DNA from: Psammoneis japonica
Lineage: Eukaryota
Direction of reading: 5' to 3'
Length of the DNA: 64,000 bases
Assembly (NCBI GenBank): GCA_008632985.1
Contig: QPGO01000019.1
Span: 496,001 to 560,000, forward strand
In this document: positions 25,507 through 37,197 of the stretch, piece by piece
How the letters are laid out: the number at the start of each line of letters is the position of its first letter
Numbering within the stretch: the first letter of the stretch is position 1
Translations under genes and position numbers: made by a program
Notes under the pieces: model-generated
What the model was told of the DNA's origin: nothing
Database searches by the model: none
What the model saw: the letters and a program-made list of their open reading frames with translations, nothing else

Positions 25507-27516
25507 ATGCGCTTCAAAGCCTGCGTTTTGGCGTCTCTTGCCACTGTTGTGTGGGCACAAGGTGAGCTGCTCATGACACTCTGCTCGGGTGACTTTTGGT
25601 TATGATAAGCACTTCACCAGAGATCTGGCTAAATGCCTTGTGACTGCCAAATCCTCTTTAGGGACAAACAAAGACGAGGGTCATGCCCATTTGCGTTTCA
25701 CTGTAAGTCCAAATACAAAACTGGGCTTTCTGTGCTCTAGCTCGTCATTGCAACTCACGCTCTTCATCTTTGACCGCAGTCCCTTCGCAGTGAAGCTATC
25801 CAGAATGAGAAGCCATCTCCGGGCGATGAGAAGCCCACTGAGCGGAAGCTTACGAGGCCTTCTCTTCCTGTTGAGTTCCCTTACGGCAGTCCTTGTATCA
25901 ATCTTCCTAGCGACCGTTACCCCCATGATCGGCACGCCAACGACGGGTGGAAACTGGTCAACTTTTGTCTTGCTGGCGCCACCGGAAACCGTCCAGCAGA
26001 GTCACCAGACTGTCACCACAATGATGACGATTCATCTGTCCACACGCTCAAGTTTCTGTTCAACTTTTATGGAAGTGACTTTTCTCGAGTCTTTATCAAC
26101 AACAATGGCAATCTGTCATTCGATCGTCGTTACAGCGAATACACCTCCACTGGTTTTCCGGTGGAAGGATATCCCATGATTGCTCCTTTTTGGGCAGATG
26201 TCGATACAGGAAACAAGGGTGGCACGACTTATCTTGGTCACGTGTGGATGAAAGAACTGCAGAACAACAAATTCGCAGTTACGTGGGAAGAGGTGGGCTT
26301 CTACGAGAAGGATAATTCTCGCCTCAACTCGTTCCAAGTTATCCTCTCGGACGGTTCGGATCCTGCTATGGGCTTGGGCAATAACGTGTAAGTGCTCGAA
26401 ACATTATTGTGTTTCGGCTCTTTGCATGCCTTTTCGCTCATGAAGCTTTCTTGTTCTCTTAACAGCTGCTTTTGTTATGCAAACATGGAGTGGACTACAG
26501 GAGATGCTTCGGAAGGCGACGAAGGTCTTGGAGGAATTCCTGCTACGGTGGGAACGAACAGGGGGGACGGGAAAACGGCGTTCGAGCTTGGCCGCTTCGA
26601 CTCGGAAGGATACTACTACGGTCCTCCAGACGTAAACTATCTCGATGGCAAAGGCTTCTGTTTCGATGCTGCTGGGAGAAAGAACATCCCTCCCATTGCC
26701 TTCGACTTTCCGTCGGGCGAAACGATCAACCTGGAGAATTGTGCTAAGCTTGACACAAAGGTCAGCTTTCTCAGTCCAGAGAATAATCAGTGGACCGAAA
26801 TTAAGGTTTTTGGTGTCCCTGACGCGATGACCGTCAAAGTACAGAATGGGTATTCTGCTACTGCTCATCTCAGAATGACTCCAATCTCTAATACGCAGTA
26901 CCAGTTGTACTTCAAGGCCAAAGACAACAAGGGAGGTGTTACCGACAAGAAGCTACGTGTAATCGTATCTGGCTGCAAACACCCAAAGGCGCCAATAATG
27001 CGCTGCAAGAATCGAGAAAAGCCGGCCAGTGGAAAATGCTATGTTTGGACTACTATTGATGTCGGCTCCACATCCTTCAGCGGTGGGAGTGTCCGCTTGA
27101 CACAAGATCCTCCTCCACCTTACTACGTTGGTGCTACGGAAGTGACTCTGACAGCCACCGATAACCAAGGGAGATCAAACACATGCACGCGGACTGTGAC
27201 TATTAATCAGCCTAAGCGAGGTTACTGTCCCTTGAACAAGGCGCCCGTCATGCGCTGCAAGAACCAGGATGGAAAATCCCGAGCCTACCCGCAGTGCAAC
27301 TTGTGGACAACGATTGATAGCGGTTCTTATGACCCCAACGGTGATGACTTGACCTACGACCTGTATCCTCCACCTCCCTACGGCATTGGCAATAGGACAG
27401 TGACGCTAACAGTCACGGATAGCAATGGCGCATCCTCAACATGCAGAAGATTTATAAACGTTCGACCCAACGACAACTTATGTCAACGTACAACCAAGGA
27501 CCCCAATGACGATTAG
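25507..27516 (+). CDS. Secreted NIDO (nidogen-like) domain protein with two C-terminal HYR/Ig-like repeats (4 exons)
   Basis: Signal peptide MRFKACVLASLATVVWAQ. Introns 25562-25661, 25703-25779 and 26388-26465 restore the frame. NIDO motifs: FNFYG..VFINNNGNLSF..MIAPFWADVDT..NSFQVIL..FCYANMEWTTGDAS. Two repeats of APxMRCKN..WTTID..PPPYxxG..VTLTxTD..TC. Confidence 0.85.
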
Positions 27517-28380
27517 GATGCTGCTGCAAATTAGGACCTGGACTGGAATGCTATCAAGAACACGTCCTTCAGTTCGAAAGAGCCAGTATTGGACCATACT
27601 TGTTTAGATATACACGTCTGAAAGGGAGTAAGGTTGATGGCGTTGCATGTGGATACATTTTGCACGATTTGTGCATCACTTGGATGTAGTCGTGGTGGTT
27701 TAGCACCCACGTTGAACCAAGGATGATGCAGGAGCCTCTACCAACACGAGGTTGCAAGCTTGCTTGATCCATAGAGTTAATAACATTAGATGAACCTCGT
27801 GAGTTATTGGTTAGCCTTTACTAGAAAATAGGAGTCAGTCGCTGTTCCGTATGTGTAGTCGCGCTTGATCCATGACAGCTCTTTTACATAGTATTTGAGA
27901 AAGCTAGACGTACTAGTTCTAGTCAAAGGAATGGTTGCTTTGTATCCATAGTTTTGGGATCGAAAATTGCGTTCGCTGCTGATTTGCGACTTATCAATCT
28001 CGTTTCCAGCAAATGTTTTACGTGTTCCCGATTTTCGAAGATTTGTTATTCAACCCTCGACCAGTTTTTCATAATATTGAACTTGTTGGGCGTTTGTATA
28101 AGTGACGAATCCAAATCATGAGACTTGTGGAATTGAATACAAGCCCATTCACAATACCGAGCGCCGCAGTCGCTTAGTCGTACTGAAATTAAAGTTCCAA
28201 ATCATTCGCAACGAAGCGACGAGGCTTCATCCCCAAGATATGACCGAGTCCGTTCCCGTGTCCACCCATGACGTAGCTATAGCTAGAGTAGAGAACGTTG
28301 TCTAGCAGATTTTGTGTGTGCCAAAGTCATCGAGCATCACATGCACTGGGCAATGCTCTGCGTTGTTATGTGCCAGCCGA

Positions 28381-29928
28381 TTATGGACTGCTCGCACGAG
28401 CTCCCAAAAAGCTGAAGTGATGTTCAACACCCATGACATACACGAACAGTGCAATAAACAACATGGCAGCAGCGAATAAAGGAGTCCGGAAAGCTCGTTA
28501 GCGCCTTGTGCTTATAGCTACATCTTCCGTTTTTCTTGCAACCCCAGCAGCAATCCATGTGCTTCTTGATGGGTCGGCAGCTGGAGTCATGGAAAGGACC
28601 GGGACCAAAAGCACCTATGAAGGGACTGGTTTTTCAGCTGTCGCATTGATTTCAACCGAAAATCGGCGACTTGCACTTAGTAATTCCCCCAGCCCACATA
28701 GTGTGCACATGCTACGAGCATCCTGTTGGCGGACGTCTTGTGGTGTGATCGTGGGTGCTTCCGATGGAAAATCAGATGGAACGCTTGAAGGAAACGAGCT
28801 AAGTGTAGGTGACAAAGACGTCGAGACACTGTAATCCGGACAAGCATTGGTATTGTGACCAAAGAGGAGCGCGAGCCCGCAAGCCGATCGAATCATGCCA
28901 GAGCCCGAATGTGCAATACCGGGGACAACCTTGACAGTGATTGGTAGGCCGAATTCCTCCAGCGCATGGTAGTAGAACGCAATGCCACGTTCCAATCGAT
29001 TGTCACCCTGAAGATCGGCTTCACAGGACTTGTCGAGACTTCCGGACCGGGATGTGTCGTCTTCTCCAAGAAACACAACAACGTTGCGACTTTGATAATT
29101 CTGCTTGAGCGTATCCACTCCAACAGATCTCATGTAATTGTTTAAGCCATCAAGCCCGTATTTGTAGTCATTGTACTGGTCACATTCGGTGATACCGTAA
29201 GCATGTGTGCTTTCATCCGGGAAGGAGAAGACGGTCCCGCTACTGTTTTGTTCAGCTCGAAGGTTTGAAAAGTAAAGATAGGAAGATGGATTCGCAACAA
29301 TGTACTGAAAGGTGATAGTAGTAGCAGAAGATGATGCCAAGTCTTCAGCACTTCCACCAGCCGCATAGCGATGAACAAACTGCCCGCCCGCCGAATGTCC
29401 CACCAGGGTAATTTGAGTGAGATTGGGATACAAACCACCGGCACCAGCCAAGCGGTCAATCATCTAATCCACAATGGCAAAGGAAGAGACAGCAAATGGT
29501 CGACTATAGGGATTGCGGTTGGACGTGTTTCCCTTTTTCCAGCCGCTGCTGGACCAATACAAGTTGGATGAATCATTGTCCAGGTTCAATGCTTCAATGT
29601 CGTCGTCCGTGATAAACTGAGGAGCGACAATCACCGTTTGGGCATAAACGGTTCGGTCCACCAATTCTCCCGCTCGTTCCACGTAACTCAAATAATCATC
29701 CGCGTTTCTTGTATTACCGTGAATCACAAGGATTGCGTTGGTAATGGCACTGGCGCTGTTGGGCGGCGACGACGAGCCAAAGAGGTCGTCCACGTTGGAA
29801 CAGTATCTTGCATCGAGAGTATCAGATCCCTCAGTGACGCTAAATCTATTGGCACACAAGACATCAATCGCAGCATAACAGGGAGTTACTGCGAGCCACA
29901 GCTTGAGCGCGTACTTTACGAACTTCAT
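28381..29928 (-). pseudogene. Secreted alpha/beta-hydrolase-like gene interrupted by in-frame stop codons
   Basis: Signal peptide, ILVIHGNTRNADDY, VIVAPQF, GHSAGGQFVHRYA, YIVANPSSYLY, QGDNRLERG and VVPGIAH. TAG at 29466-29464 splits the domain. Further in-frame TAG (28617-28615) and TAA (28500-28498) precede a hydrophobic segment. Confidence 0.7.
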
Positions 29929-30474
29929 TGTCGCCGAAAGCAGCTGCCTCCTTCGATGAAAGAGAGATCGAAGAAAGAAAAGTGACCTTGAAACCTGCCG
30001 TTTTTGTTTCTCAAGTCATCCATCTTACTGTACGAAATTTGTATGACGTCAGCGAAACAACTCATATAAGTATACCGACGTGAAATATTGGAATTGACGA
30101 TCTGACGAAAGTACAAGCGCCTGAGATGGAAGAGGACAGTAGTGGCTGTGAATGAGGTGATGCGTTTGCTACTGCAGCAATGATTCCGAAATGAAAACTG
30201 CCTTATAAGCAAATGCGTGCTATGGGCGTTTACAATGTGGTATTCACTAATCGTCGCTGTGTTTGATTTGGCGACGAGAAACACGTCAACGAACGCCGTA
30301 ACGCTCGTGTTGTTGACAGCACACTACTCTTCCGGGTCCCGATTTTGGAAAACCGCGCGAGCTAGCTTTTCGATTTTTTCATTTTTGTTCCCCGTCGTTG
30401 CGTTGTTCAAAGCTCAAAGCTGCGAGGCGAATAATTCAGACATCCTACAGTGGTATATTGCAACAGGCAGAATC

Positions 30475-31604
30475 ATGTCAGACTCCAAGGATGGTACGAG
30501 TAGTAGTATTCCAGTCATTACAGACAAGGACGAACTGCTAAAATACGGTCTTGTCCGTGCCGCCATTCCCGCCGAAATTGATTCACAGAAATGGGCGTCG
30601 GAACTTTCTCAAGTAACACCGCTCATCATGACTGCCGAAGACGGCGAGTATTCCTTTTATCGAAACATTATGGAAGAACCGGGGTTTCCGTTTGATGCCT
30701 TGTTGAAAGAATCATCGGAAATTGGAAAGGCAATATCAGAACACTTTGGAATCAAGACGGACGAAATCCGATTGGACGATGCCTTTTGTATTCATTACAA
30801 TACCTCGCAGGATGACACGTCGGGTGCAAAACACATGGATCCGAGTGATATTACAGTCAACATGTAAGAAAGATGCTTTTCATAACTTCGAGTGTCTTGC
30901 GTGCAAAAGGTGAGACCACGTATTGCGGAGAAGCTGAATCGTTTTAGGCACCACGATTGTTCGAATCTGTCTCAACGGGTAGTTTTGTTTGTTGCTTTGC
31001 AATGATATAGAAATGTACATTGTTCTGTGTCGAATCGTTGGAGCTCTTGGCAAATTCAGATATTTTCGACTTTTGTGTGTCTAATGTCTCGTGCCCGAGT
31101 GGGTGTTGGCAGGATTCACTCCAATCACATTGTGATGGTAGTGACTGTATTGTGATACTGTTCAGTTTCCATCCTGGAATAGCTGCGAAAGAAAGACTGT
31201 CGCTTGTCTCTGCGTTTCTGGTGGGAAGCGCTTGTCGTTCTCTTTGTGACTGTTCTAGTGTTGCGCGCACTCACAACACTTGTGGCATCACTGCTATCTT
31301 CAGGTGTTTGGAGAGCGACAATGTACTCGGAAGTCAAGTTTTATTTTACGGAACTCAGCCACTTGCAGGAGTGACAAGCGAGAACGTGGAAAACAACACA
31401 AATTTTAAATTTCTTGTCCCGCAGCAACAAGGCTTTGCCACGATTCATTGGGGGCATCATCCGCATGAAACCATGCCATTGGCAAGAGGAAGAAGGACGA
31501 ATGTTGTCTTGACGTATTGCTACAAGGATACAAGAAGAAGTGATGTGCAAATGAGAACGTGCTATGAGACTACCTCTAGCAGCCCATCTTGTAACGCTGT
31601 CTAG
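30475..31604 (+). CDS. 2OG-Fe(II) dioxygenase (PLOD/P4H-like), 2 exons
   Basis: AFCIHY..KHMDPSDITVNM|CL joined across intron 30864-31303 gives the HxD motif. HPHETMPL gives the distal His and GRRTNVVL the 2OG-binding Arg. Confidence 0.85.
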
Positions 31605-31780
31605 AGCGCCGTGTGTTGGTACCATACGCAGGAACAAAGGCAACATGATTCATTCATCTAGTTGATAGTGACATTTATCAAATCTTTATGACGGCTTGCA
31701 ATACACGGCATCACTGAAGTCACCTGTAGAATAGCTTCCAAGGTATGCAGTATCTTCGATTCTAATTGTGTTATCGAAAA

Positions 31781-33199
31781 CTAAGGGGCCGTTTTCGAGT
31801 CAGAGGTTTGAGCTGCAGCTAGGCGCTCCTGTCTCTTCTTTTCTTTCAGAGCGTCTTGAACAATGTCAATCTTTTCCTTATTTAGGGATTGGAAGAAATC
31901 CTTCCATTCCTCTTGTTGAATGGTTTCTTGTACGTGGACCGAACAGAACTTGCCCTTTTCCGTATCCGCCTTGAACTTGGATCGTAAGGCCTCTTCGTCT
32001 GCATCTGAACCCAACATGTCGTGCTCGTAGTTTATCGCGAGTGACAACATCTTTTCCACTTGCTCTTCTGACAAACAGTGTAAACGAGGAAAGTCCGTGA
32101 GGGAATGGTATCCAAGTTCTTGGGCGTGGGCTTCCACAGCGTCCGTGACCTCGGGTCGGTATAGCGTCTTGTCGACCCATCCTTTACGATACGCTGCCAC
32201 GCCCAGCATGTCGAAATGTAATGTTTTCTTCTCAGAGGGGTTCTGGACTGCTACAGCTTCCTTGGCTTCATCACTTCCGAGGTAGTCGCACATGGACTTG
32301 GCCTCTGGGATAACTTGACAGTAAAAGTTCTTGAGGAAATCGCCGTCTTGATGCATATTGAAAATGTCAAGTTCAATGTTCTGTAGACCCTTATCCTCAA
32401 ATCGTTGCGACCACCTTTGCTTAACAACATGCGGGTATTCGAATCGATCCTTTTTGAATTTGCTGTCAAAGTATAACGGGAAGGGTTGGATAATTCTTCC
32501 TCCAGTCGTCGGCGAATTCTGATCTACCTTTCCGTCGGGATCTGGCCAGTTCGTACGAATAGGCTTTGTCCTCAAAGGTCCGTTTGGATTGAATCCTTGA
32601 TGGTACTTGCTGGGGATCCATTCCGTGTATCGGCGGTAAGTGAAAATGATGCGTACATTCCATTTTGCCAGGATTGGATCTAAATGCTTCCACAGATTCT
32701 CGTCTTCCACTTCTGCTGAAGGGAATTGAGACAGCATTTCTTCTGAAAGAAGCACAGTATGATTCTGAGAGTAGTGAAAGTCCAGTTGCTCTTTCAGCCG
32801 ACCCCACTTTGTTGCGCATTCGGGATTGATCTTTACTTCTTGACAAATGCGGTTGAATTCGTGCATATCTCGTCCATTTTTTGATTTGTCAACGTGCCCG
32901 AGATAATAGATGTTATCCTGTTGCAGCAGTTCTTCTTTATGCGTTGCGATCCATTGAACTGTTGTTGTCGCTGTTTTGCCAGGACCGGCGTGGATGATTA
33001 GCAACGGAGCGCCGTTGTTATTAGCTGTTGAACCGATGATCTTCGAGCCACCGCGAATCATCGGAGGAGCGCCTGAAACGGCATTACGTGATGAGTTCAC
33101 CACGTCACAGACATTGGCATGTAGGATTTCTTCTGACCATAAGAAAAGACCAAACACAACAAAGATAGATATCTTGAGAAGCCGTCTATTGGACGACAT
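31781..33199 (-). CDS. Type II membrane protein, P-loop sulfotransferase-like
   Basis: Short basic N-terminus plus a TM helix (ISIFVVFGLFLW), followed by IIHAGPGKTATTTVQ, LLSEEML and IIFTYRRYTEWIPSKY. Intact ORF. Confidence 0.7.
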   Translation of the reverse strand: MSSNRRLLKISIFVVFGLFLWSEEILHANVCDVVNSSRNAVSGAPPMIRGGSKIIGSTANNNGAPLLIIHAGPGKTATTTVQWIATHKEELLQQDNIYYLGHVDKSKNGRDMHEFNRICQEVKINPECATKWGRLKEQLDFHYSQNHTVLLSEEMLSQFPSAEVEDENLWKHLDPILAKWNVRIIFTYRRYTEWIPSKYHQGFNPNGPLRTKPIRTNWPDPDGKVDQNSPTTGGRIIQPFPLYFDSKFKKDRFEYPHVVKQRWSQRFEDKGLQNIELDIFNMHQDGDFLKNFYCQVIPEAKSMCDYLGSDEAKEAVAVQNPSEKKTLHFDMLGVAAYRKGWVDKTLYRPEVTDAVEAHAQELGYHSLTDFPRLHCLSEEQVEKMLSLAINYEHDMLGSDADEEALRSKFKADTEKGKFCSVHVQETIQQEEWKDFFQSLNKEKIDIVQDALKEKKRQERLAAAQTSDSKTAP

Positions 33200-34347
33200 G
33201 GTTTTGTGGAGACTGTTGCTATGCAATACAATACAACAGCTTAGAACTAGAGGCTTTCGACGGAGCGAAAGAATACAAGTCGCCTGTCCTGAAACTGGCC
33301 TCTCAATTGAAATGAGATAGGTCTTCGATTGCGCGAGCCTTTGCGAAGTGATAGTATTGCAAAATGGCACTGGTCTTGAGGCGCAAATTGAAACGATGCG
33401 GGCAAAATTGTGAAAACAACTTTTGAAATTTTGTTTCAATCCCAAATATTCGTTAAGTGAAGATGTCTGCTTTCTGATCTTATAATGGAGTTATCTGTAC
33501 AAAAATAACGGCTCCACGATATTTCCTTATGTAAAATACATATGGACATTGCCGAACCGAATCATCTTCTCCTGGGTGGACTCCATTTTGTTTGCCCACG
33601 TCACATCACTCTCTCAAAACACCCGACGCAACGATGAAACCCTGTTCACGAGATGCCATGCCTTCATCCCCACTTTCCATCGCCTTTCGCAAGGCAGCAT
33701 GAAAAACAGAATGTTTTGCTTTCAATCAACCAGAATTACAGTTTTGCGGCGCCTGCGATGACATCAACGGAATCGGGTGCAGTGAAAAGACTGTTTCTTT
33801 CTAATCGAGACGGAATGATTTCTCGGATGAAACAGGTGAATCTAGGTCTCGCCTGCTTCTGGCTAAAAGAGCATTTTGACACTGCCGCCAACAACGCAGA
33901 TGCGTTTTGTAGCCTATTCACCGAGGGCTTCAAGGATGAAAGAAAGTCTAATGATACGAGGAACTTGCAGGAGGCTCCTTAATATCTGTTGTATAGCACG
34001 CCGTCCAGAAGGCGCTCAATGATCAGAAAACTGAAACAACAACAATGTCGGATGCGAAACCAGATTTCACAAGAAACCTGCTATCCGACATGGGCTGTTC
34101 ACTGTCCATGAAACCTAGAAAAAAGTAAGGGAACGTGCAGCAGCACATATTTAATTGGGAAGCCAGCTAGGAGCCGAAGAAAGACTCGCTGACCTTCTCA
34201 AGCCACGCGACATGTAAGAAGCGCTTGAGATTGTGCCTCTGATAGGTCATTTGCTTTAGGACATCAAAAGGATTAGGGATCAAAGGGAAAAGCGGCGACC
34301 TAAGAGGTGAAGCGAATAGGCCTGATTCTGGTACGGTCTCTCAGACC

Positions 34348-34836
34348 TTGCTTACAACTGCCGACTTTCTATCGCCAGCCTGGATTGACATTGATGTCCC
34401 TGACCATGTCAACAGCGTGCTGGCAGCTGGGCACCAATTGATGTCTCTTAATACCCAAGGGCGCGATCATCCAGATCATATAAAGGATGCGCAGGTCTAT
34501 AATATTGAATCCAATGAAGCAAGTAACGCTGAGCACCTGGTGCTCTATCTCGACGAATCGGTGGTCGCGGCGCCATCCGAACCCAGCAGCCTCTCCGCCG
34601 CTGTTCGAAGTATCAACATCGCGTTGAGTTGGGGTCCGACTGCCACCTACACTGTTTACTGCGATGACGGTTCTGGGGTGTATTTCAGGAAAGCCATTGG
34701 TTTGACAAATGCCGACTACATCGACTACGTCGTTGAAACTGGCACCACCTACATGTACGTCGTCACAGTGGCGTATTGGAACGACTTTCATTTTTCAGCT
34801 GCAGTAATCAATCGAACGGTAGGAATAGTTCGCTAG
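34348..34836 (+). pseudogene. Gene fragment resembling a CBM96/DNRLRE tail plus a fibronectin type III domain
   Basis: WIDIDVPDHV..ESNEASN..LVL followed by APSEPSSLSA..IALSW..YTVY..YIDYVVETGTTYMYVVTV (FN3 pattern). No ATG upstream of the domain and no signal peptide. Confidence 0.45.
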
Positions 34837-35033
34837 GCAGGATGAAAGTAATCGATCGAATGTATTGATCTTTTCTCTCTGTTGTCACTCGTGTTGTCGA
34901 GTACTTCTACTTGGAGAGAGTCAGTCTCGCCTCCACCTATTTTTAGTGCTGGGAGAAACACTACAAAAGAAGCGCATCAACGGGTCATCGTCTCTGTGCA
35001 CAAGCGTAGTATTTACTAAAATCTTATCCATTA

Positions 35034-37197
35034 CTAATCACGGTTGAAACAGCTCTTGTCACAGTTCTTAGCAGGTGCCGACACCTCATACGGAGAATCC
35101 ATGGAGTTTAAGAATTGCTTTAGCTGCCCTCTCCATATAATAGTAGAGTCGCAGCAGTGTGGCCACTTTATCTCAAGCCTTTCAGGAATTCCATTCTTGC
35201 CTAGACCAAAGACTACGCGATCGTCGCTTCCTCCCTAACAAGAGTGCAAGCAGCACGCAACAAGTAGGACGTGAGATGGCGATTCCAGTAATCGCGAAAC
35301 AAAAAAGGACAGAAGAAAATCAACAAACCTCCGCATCTGTTTCATGGAGCAGCACGCAACAAGTAGGAGTGAGAGGGAGATTCCAGTCACCGCGAAACAA
35401 AAAAGGAGAGAAGAAAATCTACACACCTGTTTCGTGGCTTTGTGTGCTGACGACACGGAGCTGCGTCACTGTTCCGTTATTTTTCGGGCCCATTCCTGAT
35501 GAAGTGAGCTGCAAAATTGCTCCAATCGAAGCAGAAGGACTTGCTTTCTTGGCAAAGCTTATCGCAAAGAATCTGTTTCTGTTCTGTTTCATGTCCCCCA
35601 GTGTGTTGCGGAAAATCACAATAGACCCAGGCGTATAGGCGAGAATCACGTCACGATAACCATCGTTATCAAGGTCAGCAACCGTAGGAGCAAGAGCACG
35701 GATATAGTCCCTTTGATGTTTGAATATGCTGCAAATGGCGACTTGATTCTTGTTCTTCAGCCCTCTGCAGACACTCGCCGGCAGATAAGACTCGCACGAA
35801 ATATTTTTCGTCGTATCTTTTCTGGTTGTTGGAATACCTTTGCAATAGTTCTTGGGTCCAAAGCCATAATTGAGAGAGTTCAAGTCTCCATAGTTCATAT
35901 TCTTTCCATTGAAATCCTTCAGCCGTCGCCAAGTATTCTTTGACTCAAGCTCATATATGCCATGGCGTCCTGGACGGTTAGAACAAACCACAAGCATGTC
36001 TATCTTTCCGTTCAGATTGAAGTCGGCAAATCGAAAACCAGCGGCACCCTCCTTTCCACACATGGGACTAAGATCCAGATGCGAGTCCGCGTCTCCCATG
36101 AATAGTAAGCAAAACCGACGCTCGTCATCGTCCAAGAATCTCTTACACCTCCCTTGGCGAGTAGATGAAAGGTAGAAATCTACCCGTGTCTTATAGAGGA
36201 TCGCAACATCGGGCAAGCCGTCCAAATCAAAGTCTTGACTGCCAATGCCATTTGCGCGGTAGTAGTCCCTTACACCATTAGGAACTTCCTGTGCAAGAGT
36301 ACGGCGCTGCAAGTTGTCTTCCTTCGAATCAAACTCGTAGACACTGCGACTGAGCCTTGGGAAATTGTTGCAAATACGGTTTTTGGAATCAGGTTTGCAT
36401 TGCGATGATACAATCAGCTCCTTGGCATAGCCATCCCCATCCAAATCTGTCAACAGTGCTACTCCTGCAAATTCTTGAAAGTTGCGGGTGGGACTGCTAG
36501 TGGCGTTGAATACGCGGCCATTAATATTTCGGTAGAACAATCCTGGGATTACTTTGTCATCCTTTCGTTCAACGGTAAGGGTTACAACATCAAGGAGTCC
36601 ATCTCCGTCGGCGTCAAACCAATAATGATGACGTCCTCGCTGATTTCCATCTCTGTTCCTTCCGTGTAGTCCGGCTTTGAACGCAGCATCTCTTCCGCCG
36701 ACAAGGCGATACCCGAGTTCCGAGTTCTTGTCCTTTTGTCCCCAATAAAGAATGTTATCAAAATCCTTGCTGTTGCCCACTCCGTGTCCTCCACCTGTCA
36801 CCTGAAAGAAGTCTTTTATACCATCACCATCAATGTCAAGAAATGCAGACGAATGTGAATCGAAGCATTGAGCATCATTGGAATAAACTGAATCGGACAT
36901 CTTCATGAAACCTTTGCCCTTGTTGACGGGATAGTATGTGCCGTTGCTACCACTACGAATCGCAGCATCCCAATCAGCCATACAACCACCAGGTTTATCA
37001 CCAACGGCGGACATGCTTGGATTTGACCAACGATTCGTTTCATAATGGAAACTAAGAAAGTGATTGTGGTGGTACAAGTCCATTACACCATCGTTGTTCA
37101 AGTCTGGCACCAAAGGTGGTCCATATCTGAAACTTGGGATTTGTATTGCGAGCTTCGACATGGGTGCTTCATCATATCCAGGGAGTAGCTCAAACAT
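35034..37197 (-). CDS. FG-GAP repeat / ASPIC-UnbV (CRTAC1-like) protein; exons 37197-35427, 35336-35329, 35234-35034
   Basis: Seven DxDxDG-type loops (DLNNDG, DIDGDG, DADGDG, DLDGDG, DFDLDG, DFNLNG, DLDNDG). The ASPIC-type C-terminus SIGAIL..TQLRVV..HETDAEGGSDDRVVFGLG..LEIKWP is completed by splicing. The start codon is uncertain because no signal peptide is seen. Confidence 0.8.
35249..35438. repeat. Imperfect ~99-bp tandem duplication forming two homologous introns
   Basis: agcagcacgcaacaagtagga...gattccagt...cgcgaaacaaaaaagga.agaagaaaatc begins at both 35249 and 35348. Confidence 0.9.

Noticed and set aside
35419..35427. FG-GAP gene ending at the ORF-track stop (35419)
   Set aside because: The stop lies inside a predicted intron, and the conserved FGLG..WP tail is encoded downstream at 35234-35034.
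35249..35438. CRISPR-like array
   Set aside because: Only two ~99-bp units with no spacer structure, in a eukaryotic context, and explained as duplicated introns.
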